From a virus, in IMG/VR virus record IMGVR_UViG_3300045988_166040, positions 1 through 35,668 of that record: a stretch of 35,668 nucleotides of DNA; one strand, written 5' to 3'. Shown piece by piece: positions 8,169 through 17,500 of this stretch. The translations under genes were made by a program, and so were the position numbers. The notes below the pieces were generated by a model, which ran no database searches, was not told the DNA's origin, and was given only the letters and a program-made list of their open reading frames with translations. Position 1 is the first letter of the stretch. Each line of letters starts with the position of its first letter.

Positions 8169-8697
8169 ATCAAAACCATCCATCCAGTGTGACAAGTGTC
8201 GTAAATGGATAGAATACAACTACTCCTCTGGCTACAGTCACCACTGCAGTGGACGCACAGAAGAGATCCGTAGAGCTATGCATAAAATGTTTTACTCTGT
8301 AAACTCTTTTCGAAATCGTGATGCTCGTTTTTTCGGAATGCATGATCTTGCTAACGATTTAGACTCTGCGAGCGTAGTGTACGATCCAGAAGTCGATAAA
8401 ATACTAAGAAAGGATATTGAAATGAAGAAAACTATAACAGACCTCCCTGCGCCAGAAGAGGTCACCCAAATCACTGCAACCTTAGATTTAGCGAGCAAAC
8501 TAGATAACGCTGTGATTGCTAAATTAAGCAGCTCCAAAAGCAAAAGCTCTACACCAAAAATTGGCGAACTGTGCGGCATGGATTTACTACTTGATCTGTC
8601 TAATGCACCAGAGGAAGCGAAGTATGAGCTGTATTTTAAGGCGCGGACTACGCTTGAGGATATTATGAAACAGGAAGTAAAAGAAAACCGCCCTTGA
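8155..8697 (+). CDS. Hypothetical protein (180 aa), last gene of the + strand block
   Basis: Its stop lies in the loop of the terminator hairpin. Confidence 0.5.
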   Translation: MAKNESKPSIQCDKCRKWIEYNYSSGYSHHCSGRTEEIRRAMHKMFYSVNSFRNRDARFFGMHDLANDLDSASVVYDPEVDKILRKDIEMKKTITDLPAPEEVTQITATLDLASKLDNAVIAKLSSSKSKSSTPKIGELCGMDLLLDLSNAPEEAKYELYFKARTTLEDIMKQEVKENRP

Positions 8698-8733
8698 GGC
8701 GGTTTTTTAACTGTTCGGTATTTCCGAACAGTT
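8684..8733. terminator. Bidirectional intrinsic terminator pair at the convergence of + and - operons
   Basis: aaaaccgcc-cttga-ggcggtttttt plus the palindrome aactgttcgg-tattt-ccgaacagtt. Both have U-runs on both strands. Confidence 0.75.
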
Positions 8734-8981
8734 CAGCTCTTTGCCACTGGCGGTGTCTTGCCCCGTGGCTCGGTCAACAATTTGCCGGTTTTCGGGTCAT
8801 GCCAGCGACTTAAACCTGGCACGCTGTGTGTGTCAACTAGGCATTGTAGGCAATCATTGTATGTCGAGCCTGGCGACATTTCTGGCATAGCCTTACCTAC
8901 ATGTAGCGTAACGCAACCGCAAGCCTTGCACTCACGAAAGTATAGGCTTGATTTGGTGATGGTTATTTTCTGTAAGTTCAT
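8733..8981 (-). CDS. Cys-rich small protein (possible zinc ribbon), distal gene of the lysis cassette
   Basis: CKACGC...CLQC motifs. Confidence 0.35.
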   Translation of the reverse strand: MNLQKITITKSSLYFRECKACGCVTLHVGKAMPEMSPGSTYNDCLQCLVDTHSVPGLSRWHDPKTGKLLTEPRGKTPPVAKS

Positions 8982-9250
8982 GGGTTACCTTGTATATCTC
9001 CTTTTAATGAACTATAAATAGCACCAATAATAGGCATTAGGCGGCTTATACCAGCTGCTATTATAGCGGCGGTTGTAGAGAACACTGCACTTCCTGTAAG
9101 CGCGTCCAGGCTTGCCATAAAGTCCCTAAATGCGGAGACGCCATACAAAGCTGTAAATGTTGTCATAGTGCCTAAGAGCCCCTGTAGAAACGTTCTCATA
9201 GCCCTTCCGTTTTTGGTCTCTACACTAAATAGTGATTTTATTTTTTCCAT
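8978..9250 (-). CDS. Holin-like two-TM membrane protein
   Basis: Two hydrophobic helices (LLGTMTTFTALYGVSAF; AVFSTTAAIIAAGISRLMPIIGAIY). Immediately downstream of the endolysin. Confidence 0.55.
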   Translation of the reverse strand: MEKIKSLFSVETKNGRAMRTFLQGLLGTMTTFTALYGVSAFRDFMASLDALTGSAVFSTTAAIIAAGISRLMPIIGAIYSSLKGDIQGNP

Positions 9251-9259
9251 ATTTTCTCC

Positions 9260-10264
9260 TTATTTTTTAAACTTAAAAATACTCATTAGAAAATCGATAA
9301 TCTTCTCTAATAGACTTTTATTCTTGGCGATATCTTGGCTTAATTTACTAATAGACCTCATTACATCTTCATTGGTTGGTTGTGGTGCCAGTGGTTGCTC
9401 CTGTGGCTTTTCTTTGGGCTGAAGTGTCTGCTGTATCTCTGGTGTCTTTGGAGCTGGTTGTGGCTGAGGGCGTTTTTCTGGTCGAGGCGTACCGAAATCA
9501 TTAGGCGCTAACTCTCTAGTACGTTCTGCAAGCACCCAGATGGACTCATCACCCATTTTAACCAGTACGTAATTGTGTCCGCCGTCATTTTCTCCACCTA
9601 CAACGTCCATTCCACCAACTAATCGGAAGTAATCGCCTGTATTAATATCTCCATCCATTAAGTAGCCATCTCTATCTACTTTAGTTGCCACTGCTACTGG
9701 AATACCATTATCTTCCCAATCAAAGGCGTGTGTAAGGCGATTACAGCGGATTTGACGAATATCAAATACAGTAGCAACCTCATCAGCATAATACACCTCT
9801 GGTAATGCTACACGACGTTGTGGGGTTAAAATTGGCTTGCCTACATATCGATAGAATGTATATGGAGGTTGCCCTGACACGTTCCATAGCCAGTCATGGT
9901 TATCTTCAACGATACCCGCTTGATATCGACAATTAAGAATATTATCTGGTGAACTAAAAATTCCCGTATGTCCAAGAGCTCCACCAGAATTACCACGAAT
10001 ACCCCAAATAAATATATCGCCTCGCTGACATTGTGCGTCGCCATTAGCGTCAATTGGCACTTTCACCCAGCCGTTCTTTTCTAATGCATCAAATAGTGTG
10101 TCAGTGTTACCGATCCAGTAGCTCGCCGGTAATAAGCCCACCTCCTTGAGGGCGTGATACACCGAGCTTGAGCAATCATAGCTGTTTGGGCCATTGCGAT
10201 TGGCCATTGAATAACTTACTCTACCCTTTCGTGCATAGAACCATGCTAGTGCTTTTTCTATCAT
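9260..10264 (-). CDS. Endolysin: Amidase_5 (Pal-type N-acetylmuramoyl-L-alanine amidase) domain + putative binding domain + Pro-rich linker + C-terminal amphipathic helix
   Basis: ARKGRVSYSM..R.GPNSYDCSSSVYHAL...RGDIFIWG...GHTGIF closely matches the catalytic motifs of the pneumococcal phage Pal / Amidase_5 family. Confidence 0.85.
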   Translation of the reverse strand: MIEKALAWFYARKGRVSYSMANRNGPNSYDCSSSVYHALKEVGLLPASYWIGNTDTLFDALEKNGWVKVPIDANGDAQCQRGDIFIWGIRGNSGGALGHTGIFSSPDNILNCRYQAGIVEDNHDWLWNVSGQPPYTFYRYVGKPILTPQRRVALPEVYYADEVATVFDIRQIRCNRLTHAFDWEDNGIPVAVATKVDRDGYLMDGDINTGDYFRLVGGMDVVGGENDGGHNYVLVKMGDESIWVLAERTRELAPNDFGTPRPEKRPQPQPAPKTPEIQQTLQPKEKPQEQPLAPQPTNEDVMRSISKLSQDIAKNKSLLEKIIDFLMSIFKFKK

Positions 10265-10668
10265 TTTGTTACCTCCTTTACTTCCTTTATGACTTCACGG
10301 GTTTCTGGTTTAACTTGTTGAATTGAATTGATAAATTGAGTAAGTATGAAAAAACCAATCGTACCGATTAAAACAGTTAATCCTGTATATTTGACTATTA
10401 AGCCAATAATTTTCTTCTCACCAATAATAATTGCTTTGATAAACACATTACCATCTAGCTTCTCGTTTCGCTCATTGATTTTGACAATAGACTGCTCCAG
10501 GTTAGACAGTTTTCCATCTACATAATTCTTGCGTTCAAGATATTCATCTCTGTTCACTAGACTATCTAATTTACCTAATATCTGCGCTAATGAAGGCTCA
10601 ACTACTTTTTCATTGAATACTTCCAGTCGTGCTAAGCGCTCATTTTGTTCGTTGTCTGATTTTTGCAT
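10261..10668 (-). CDS. Coiled-coil + C-terminal TM membrane protein (holin/lysis accessory candidate)
   Basis: ATGA overlap with the endolysin. Hydrophobic IIGLIVKYTGLTVLIGTIGFFILTQFI. Confidence 0.45.
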   Translation of the reverse strand: MQKSDNEQNERLARLEVFNEKVVEPSLAQILGKLDSLVNRDEYLERKNYVDGKLSNLEQSIVKINERNEKLDGNVFIKAIIIGEKKIIGLIVKYTGLTVLIGTIGFFILTQFINSIQQVKPETREVIKEVKEVTK

Positions 10669-10674
10669 ATAAAA

Positions 10675-10723
10675 AACGGAAGCCTTTCGTGATTACGCGT
10701 GCTTCCGTTTTTTTGAGATCACA
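10675..10723. terminator. Bidirectional hairpin terminator between tail genes and lysis cassette
   Basis: cggaagc...gcttccg stem flanked by A-run and T-run. Confidence 0.65.
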
Positions 10724-10845
10724 CTTTGTTTAACTTATGGTTATATTTTACCACTTATACGATAGACAGACAAGGTTGATATATTTAACCCAAGTACCTT
10801 TACGGCTAAGGTTCCTAAAACAGGCATATATCGTGTAGTTATAAA

Positions 10846-11733
10846 TTAAACTAAACCTATGAATCTCATGCTAAACTCACTAACAGTGGAACCGCCACCA
10901 TAGTCGCGTTCGTCGCTACAAAAGGCACGTATATCAATAACATCATTCTTTTTTAAGAGCAAGTCGACAGACAAACTTGGTCGTGGCAAGTGTCGGTCGT
11001 TATCAGTACCTCTAGTGCGGGTAGATTCTTTGATTAACTTATCATTCTTAAAAATACCCATAAAAGCAGTATAATTAGAAAATAAGCCAGTCGAGGCTAT
11101 GCCTACACGTGCGTCAATATGATAAATACCATTCTTAGGTATTGTTGCTGTGAATGAGTTAGGGTCATACATATTGCCTATATTATAATCTACTGTATCA
11201 TACCTTACTTTATTCCATTTAGGATTGTTGTCGCTAGTTTTTTCTAAGGCTATCCATTTAGATGTCGTTGCCGAAAACATCGGTAGCGACGCGAAATCAA
11301 CCTTGTCTGGAGTGATAGCTTTATCCTTTATGTTCTTAGTCTCAACTATACCCTCTTTTAATTTTCCGTCTGTATCAAGGGATTCTAGTAGAGCTTGCGC
11401 CAGACGATCAGCCCACGAAGCAGAGGCACATGGTTGGACTATGTCACCGACATTACTACCATCATCTTCAGGACCTGCTAATAGCTTCAGGTTTATAATA
11501 CTGCTATTTGCTTTGTTAGCCACTCCTGTCCAATCGCGAACAGTCCCCTCAATTACGTTGCCAGCAGAGTCGGCTCTATAGGTTATGAAGTTCATTGCCG
11601 TTTCTGTACTCCAGCCGCTTAAGCCGTCAGTCATCAATGTGTCGGATCCTGTCGCGCGCGGGCTTATCACGTGCGCTACATTTGGATAAGAGCCGTCCAT
11701 TACTCGTGTAATTTTATCTTCAATACTTGCCAT
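10846..11733 (-). CDS. Tail fiber / receptor-binding protein candidate (295 aa)
   Basis: Last structural gene before the lysis cassette. The call rests on position only. Confidence 0.4.
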   Translation of the reverse strand: MASIEDKITRVMDGSYPNVAHVISPRATGSDTLMTDGLSGWSTETAMNFITYRADSAGNVIEGTVRDWTGVANKANSSIINLKLLAGPEDDGSNVGDIVQPCASASWADRLAQALLESLDTDGKLKEGIVETKNIKDKAITPDKVDFASLPMFSATTSKWIALEKTSDNNPKWNKVRYDTVDYNIGNMYDPNSFTATIPKNGIYHIDARVGIASTGLFSNYTAFMGIFKNDKLIKESTRTRGTDNDRHLPRPSLSVDLLLKKNDVIDIRAFCSDERDYGGGSTVSEFSMRFIGLV

Positions 11734-11744
11734 AATTTCCTCCT

Positions 11745-13763
11745 TTAGCTTAGATCTTTCGTACCAATATTGACGTACTCAAATACCACCCTTGACATCG
11801 CATAGCTTACTCCAGATTCGGATGATGACCACCCATACTGTACCCACTGAGCATCCTCATCAATTTCCAACTCTATATCTTCGCTTGCTGAATTAAATAT
11901 ATCTGGAACATTCTTTATTCCGCTCCACTGCACGCCTGGTGTGCTCCAATACACTCCCGGCTCACTCCAACCAGTGCGACTTGACGATGCGCCAAAATAT
12001 CGTGTTTCAGAAAAGTTCTGAAGCCCATCTTCAGTTTTAACGGTAGCATTTAACGTTATTCTTCCTTGTGGGCGCAGCAGGGTAAATACAGCTCTTAATA
12101 CTCGTGCCCAATCGCGACCGGTTTCTTCGAATCGGAGTTGTCCGCTTTGCGCGCTCGTGTTGAATAATCTTCCGTCATCTACCGTTTTGACACTCTTTGA
12201 TAGTTCAACGATCTTATCTCCTTGAACAATGAGAAAATGAGTTATACCAGAATTATCGTTATACAGCGTCATCCAGTCAGCGCGAATATTCCACGGCTTC
12301 ATCCATGCACCCTTGCGCTCAGCATCATAAACCCAAATTTGATTATTATAGTTAGCTGCGACTGGTAATGCCCAGTACACACGCCCTTCAAATGCTAATC
12401 CAACAGCTTTCTTAATAACTTTAGTATTCAGAGTACTAATCGCATCTTGAATAGTGTTAGTTATTCTCTTGGTGGATAATACGTTTTGTAATTGAGGCAG
12501 CGTACCAGTAGTCTTAAATCCATCGCGGCTTGGATATAGTAAATCGTTGTTGTAGATGACTACCGCGTCAGGACTGTCAGTGCCATCAGCTCCAGTATCT
12601 TCTTGGACCTGCCAAACAGTGATTGTATCTTCTCCATAAGTGATGTTTGTCGGTGCGATATAGAACCGCTTTCCTGTGCCGTTTGTGCCGCTGCTAAGCA
12701 CGGTAACCTTTGGGTCGCCTTTTCCGTCGCGGTACGGTCTCACTGCAAACGGCACTTCCTTGGTACCATGGCCAACTGCGGTATATCCACCGCCGTAGCC
12801 TGGTGAAAAGTCTAGTTCATGTCCGTAGTCTCCACCACGCCAAACGTAGAATGGGTTTTCTTTATCGCCCGTCATCCAAATGCGACCGTTTATCACGTCA
12901 GCGCGAGTTGTTTTTGGACCGGCTGTGTTATTGTCTTTTGGTAGCGGCACTGATACGTCTAGGCTTCTTGAGCCATTGTCTACAAGTGTCGTCTGATCCA
13001 TTGGTAAGGCACTTGCTAATCGATATAGAGTTGGATCGCCGCCGCCGTCCACACCGACGCCGCAGTAAAGATTCCATGATTTAGCCTCCTTGCTATCTGG
13101 ACGTTTAATAGTCAAGCTTTGCTTCTCGGCATTCCACATATCGCGGTCAGTTGATACCGCTTGAGATAATAATGGAGATCCTGCTGTCTCACCAACGGTA
13201 GAGTTAAAAGTAACTGCATAGAAAACCTTAAATCCATTACCTGTAAGCCCAGTATTTTTGTCTAATATCGGTACTGCTGGATCTGCTATCTTCTGGAAGG
13301 CTACGATTTTCATAGTTGGGATATCTAGGTAGCTCAGTGTATCCTCACCGTTCATAATCAGCAGATTGTTACGTATTTGCTTAAAATGTCCCCGCGCTGA
13401 TTCGTGGTATTCTTTTCCTTCGATCACCTGCCAGGCGATATCTTCGCCTTTGGCGACGCATAATTTAGTCTTGTTTTTGATTCGTTGTAAGCAAGCTAGC
13501 CAGTTGACCGAGCCGCTACTTGTCGTGCTACGGAATTCAGTTAGTTCCCCCAATATTTTGCCTAGAGGCTGAGGACCGTACTTTGCTGTACCGCAGCGAA
13601 CAGTAATAACAGAGTCTTGGTCAAGGATTAGGTTCTCTGACGACCTTAGCCCTCTTAAAGGCGACCGTCCATCGTCAAAAGCTGTCACCACTCCATTTTG
13701 CCAATCCTGCACCGCCAATCGCTGTATCTTTGGCGACTTCATATTTTTGGCAGGCTTCAGCAT
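11745..13763 (-). CDS. Large tail / baseplate-knob structural protein (672 aa)
   Basis: Position between giant protein and fiber; Gly/Thr-rich. Confidence 0.4.
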   Translation of the reverse strand: MLKPAKNMKSPKIQRLAVQDWQNGVVTAFDDGRSPLRGLRSSENLILDQDSVITVRCGTAKYGPQPLGKILGELTEFRSTTSSGSVNWLACLQRIKNKTKLCVAKGEDIAWQVIEGKEYHESARGHFKQIRNNLLIMNGEDTLSYLDIPTMKIVAFQKIADPAVPILDKNTGLTGNGFKVFYAVTFNSTVGETAGSPLLSQAVSTDRDMWNAEKQSLTIKRPDSKEAKSWNLYCGVGVDGGGDPTLYRLASALPMDQTTLVDNGSRSLDVSVPLPKDNNTAGPKTTRADVINGRIWMTGDKENPFYVWRGGDYGHELDFSPGYGGGYTAVGHGTKEVPFAVRPYRDGKGDPKVTVLSSGTNGTGKRFYIAPTNITYGEDTITVWQVQEDTGADGTDSPDAVVIYNNDLLYPSRDGFKTTGTLPQLQNVLSTKRITNTIQDAISTLNTKVIKKAVGLAFEGRVYWALPVAANYNNQIWVYDAERKGAWMKPWNIRADWMTLYNDNSGITHFLIVQGDKIVELSKSVKTVDDGRLFNTSAQSGQLRFEETGRDWARVLRAVFTLLRPQGRITLNATVKTEDGLQNFSETRYFGASSSRTGWSEPGVYWSTPGVQWSGIKNVPDIFNSASEDIELEIDEDAQWVQYGWSSSESGVSYAMSRVVFEYVNIGTKDLS

Positions 13764-14422
13764 ATATCAGACACTCCTGGGATCATATGTAGTGGTCGAT
13801 AACTTGCTTGAGCACCATTGTTTTCAATCATCTTCTGCATCAGCTGATTTGCCTCTTCAATTAGGTTGCCGTATTGATTTTGTAGAAGAATATCGTTGCG
13901 GGCGTATTCTGCAGCACACATAACAACTAGCCACATCGGATTATCTACGGGAACTGTACTGGATGCTCCTGTGAGCATAGATGCGCGTAAATACACTGGC
14001 ATTTCGATTTTTCCGCCAAGCATTGGGTCGTCGTCGGTAATCGGGTCGATAAGTAGTAACTTATTGCCGGCTATAGTGCAGTAGTTGCTGCCCTTATACA
14101 TTCCTAATTGTTCTGGTGGGACCGTGGCGTATTCTCGCACCTGATTATCTTTCCTAATCTTAATGGTGTCGCCTGGTATATCGCTTATTTTAAGCACTTC
14201 GTCTGTATCGATGTCGTATGACTGTTTAGTGGATAATATACCGATGGAATATGACGGATCGTAAAGTGATTGCCAGTCCACATTTGGTTCACTCTCCCAT
14301 TGCTGTATGTATAAATTAGCAATACCCAATATCTTCTGATATTTCTTGTCGGTCTCAGGTAGATTTCTTACTTTGCCAGTGGCTTTCAGCATGACTGCTG
14401 ATATAAGTTGTTTAGTATTCAT
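13757..14422 (-). CDS. Virion structural protein (221 aa; adaptor/tail-hub candidate)
   Basis: Overlaps the downstream gene by 7 nt. Confidence 0.35.
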   Translation of the reverse strand: MNTKQLISAVMLKATGKVRNLPETDKKYQKILGIANLYIQQWESEPNVDWQSLYDPSYSIGILSTKQSYDIDTDEVLKISDIPGDTIKIRKDNQVREYATVPPEQLGMYKGSNYCTIAGNKLLLIDPITDDDPMLGGKIEMPVYLRASMLTGASSTVPVDNPMWLVVMCAAEYARNDILLQNQYGNLIEEANQLMQKMIENNGAQASYRPLHMIPGVSDIC

Positions 14423-14446
14423 AGCGTCGTCTTCCTAAATTAAAAA

Positions 14447-14490
14447 CACGGAGCCGGCTTATTATTGCCAGACGCTCCGTGTTTTTTCGG
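14447..14490 (-). terminator. Hairpin (attenuator/terminator) just 3' of the giant gene
   Basis: acacggagc...gctccgtgt stem with a flanking T-run. Confidence 0.4.
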
Positions 14491-14533
14491 TGACGCTGTT
14501 TTCTTGTTTACTATTATAGCATAATCGTTGCAA

Positions 14534-17500
14534 CTATGCTTTTTTGACGCGTATCCTCGGACTCTTCCACTGTTTCAGTGCGGCATTTACTTGTTTTTGG
14601 GTATTCATCTTACTAATGAGATTTTGACCGATTTGGTTGATATTCATACCCTGCACAGATGTTTGATTTGCTTTTGTAGCAGACGATGAGATATTTACTG
14701 CGGCTTTTATTCCTATAGAAGCAACGCCAGAGTTAGCGGACCGGCCACCATGACCACCTCGACTACGACCCGAGCCGCTCCAACTACTGCCACCAGACGC
14801 CTCTTTAGTAATTCTATTGCCATCAACATCAAACTGAGCAGCGTTGAGAGCTTTTGCTTCCCATTTAGTAATATACCCCTCGGCACGCAGCTTATTGATG
14901 ATGCCGTTTTTGGCAAACATCTGCCCGGTAATACTCTTACGTCTTCCGTTAGTTAGTGCCTGCATCAGCTCCTCGTGGGACGATTCTTGCGCTTTCTGAC
15001 GCCAGTAATTGTCCATTAGGCTCACTTCCTTATGAGTAGTCATTGCACCATACTCGATTTGCTCCTTGGTATAACCAGACTCCCGATAGTAGCGTTCTCG
15101 TACCCAATCTGGCAAGTCCTTATGTTTGCCCATGAGTATATCTACGGCACTCTTGGCCTTATTAACCTTCTTCTCACCGTTTTCCAGTTTATTAAGGATA
15201 TCGTTAGATGAACTGAATTCTTTCTTTATGGTCGATGCACCATCAATGTTGTAGGCCTTCATCCAGTTACTATAGGCTTCGTCGCTAACACTTTGACCCT
15301 CTGCTAGAGACTTATAGTAGCTTCTCTGTACATTACCGTTCTTATTAACCAATAAGCCGTCCTGGATCTTGTATGTACCTTTTTTCAGCCCACGTTCAAA
15401 GTCTTTTATGGTTTTGCCTGTATCATCGCCAGCAGCTGTTGATGTGGAGGCTGATTTTTCGTCTGGGCGCAATGCATTTTTGCCGAACAGTAAAGCCTTG
15501 GCTTGATTCCATGCATTTCCAGAGTCTACTTCAAAGTTCGTATGCTCCTTGCCATTCTTGTCAGTATAGACATCTCCACCATCCTGTAGGACCTTTATGC
15601 CACTCATGGTTTTCTTTATTTGATTGCCTACTGGGATTAACCCTTGCAAGTTTTTCTGAGTATTCTCGCTATCACCTTGTGTGGCATAGAATCCAGCACC
15701 TAGTATATTAGCAGCAGTCTGCGCCACACCAGTAGCACCATCGAAACGACCCAAATCACTTGACTTGCCAAACATCTTCTCTCGCTCAGATTTAGGAATT
15801 AAGTTAAGCGCTGCAGATGTAACTGGATTCATCTTTGACATTTCCGATCCAATTCGAGCTATTTTCTGCCCTAATTTGTCATCTTCACCATCATCATCCG
15901 CATCATTGCTCAGCACGTCCTTAATAGCATCATACATATTAGCCAATGGTTCATTACCGGTTACTAGCTTCATCAACATATTCATCCCGTATGCAACTGC
16001 AAATGCTTCTGCGGCTCGTGTTGCCGTACCGCCTGCATCTTTAAATTGTAGTTGTCGTATTTCAGAGCCAAACCTCTTCACGTTTGCAATATTATTTTTC
16101 CAGCTCTCGTTAGTTTCATAGGTGAATTGCAAGAACATTTTGCCCAAAGTTGATTTATATACTTGCGGCATAGCACCAACGCCACGTCCACCAACAGCAC
16201 GTTCAGTTGCCTGATCGGCTGCTTTTATCAGCTGGTATCCTGTTAGCCCTTTTCTCTGAGCGCTATAGTAGTTAGCAGCCCAGTTTAGCTGTATGAATTT
16301 CTTTTCTACTAGATTCATACCCGAGACTACACTAATTTTGTCTGTAGCCTTTTGATACCTGGACCTAGTAAACTTACCGTCCGTATCTGTATAGCGTTCG
16401 CGCAGGAACGGAGACTTACGCATCGCTTCTTTAGTATCTTTCTGGAATGCCATTAAGAACGCACGACCAGTGTTGCGCAGTCCATTATCTCGGACCGTTT
16501 CTGGTAAGTTTAATGTTTGTGCTAAAGTCGACGATAAATTACCTAGGATCTTATTAGCACCATTGACACTCTCTAATCGCTGAATAGACTGGACCCACTT
16601 ATTGGTTTGGTCAATGTACGGACGATCTAATGAGCTACTTTTCCCTGCCATTTCATTGACAAAGTTCTGTACGGCAATAGTAGCCTTGCTGGATATTTTG
16701 TCACCTTTAGCTAGATTACTATCTGGATCAATGTTAGTGCCGCTCTTTTTAGCCATATCAATTGCACGCATCGATGACTCTATTTGCCTACCGCGAGCAA
16801 TAACTGGCTCCATATGAGTGTTGTACAACATAACATCTGCATAATATTCAAAAGCCTTGCGCGGATCTTTCTCATAGCTCATCATACCGCCAAATCGACG
16901 CTTCTCATTAGCATTGAACTTATGGGTTGGCTTAAAGTCGGCAGATAAACCAGCAATTGAGGCTGGTATTTCACCACGAGCTTGCCCTTCCATATCACCT
17001 CTCACGCCTGTCGGCACGGCGGCTAATAGTTTATCTACTGCTCTACCTAGAATATTACTTCGCTTTTGAATGTGTGGCATGTAGTTCTTGAGATATGGAA
17101 TCTCTTCCTTGCCATACATACGCCTAACTGAGTTAAGGTTAGATATCATAGCATCATAGTTGTTGCGCATAAATGTATCATATTCTCTGACGCGCTTAGC
17201 TGCTTGTGGACCGTACTTCTTAGAAAATGCTGCATTCATGTTCTCATCAGCACTACCTACAGGGAACTTGCCCTCTGTGTACGCACCAATATCCTCCCAA
17301 AACTTTTTACTACTTACAAAGCGAGGACGTGCTTTATCGATATGCTTAGCTAGTGCGGCATGTTTACCTAGCAGGCTCTCGATTTCATCAGCATAGTTAG
17401 CGTATGCCTCGGTCTTTTGATAGTACAAATCTTTAAGCAGTCTTTGACCTACCTTATCCTGAATATTCTTCTCAACAAGGCGATTAAAGGTGTCTGTAAT

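Noticed and set aside
12603-13572. + strand ORFs 12603..12806, 12710..13084 and 13366..13572 inside the 672-aa tail gene
   Set aside because: Arg/Cys-rich antisense artifacts of a GC-richer coding region.
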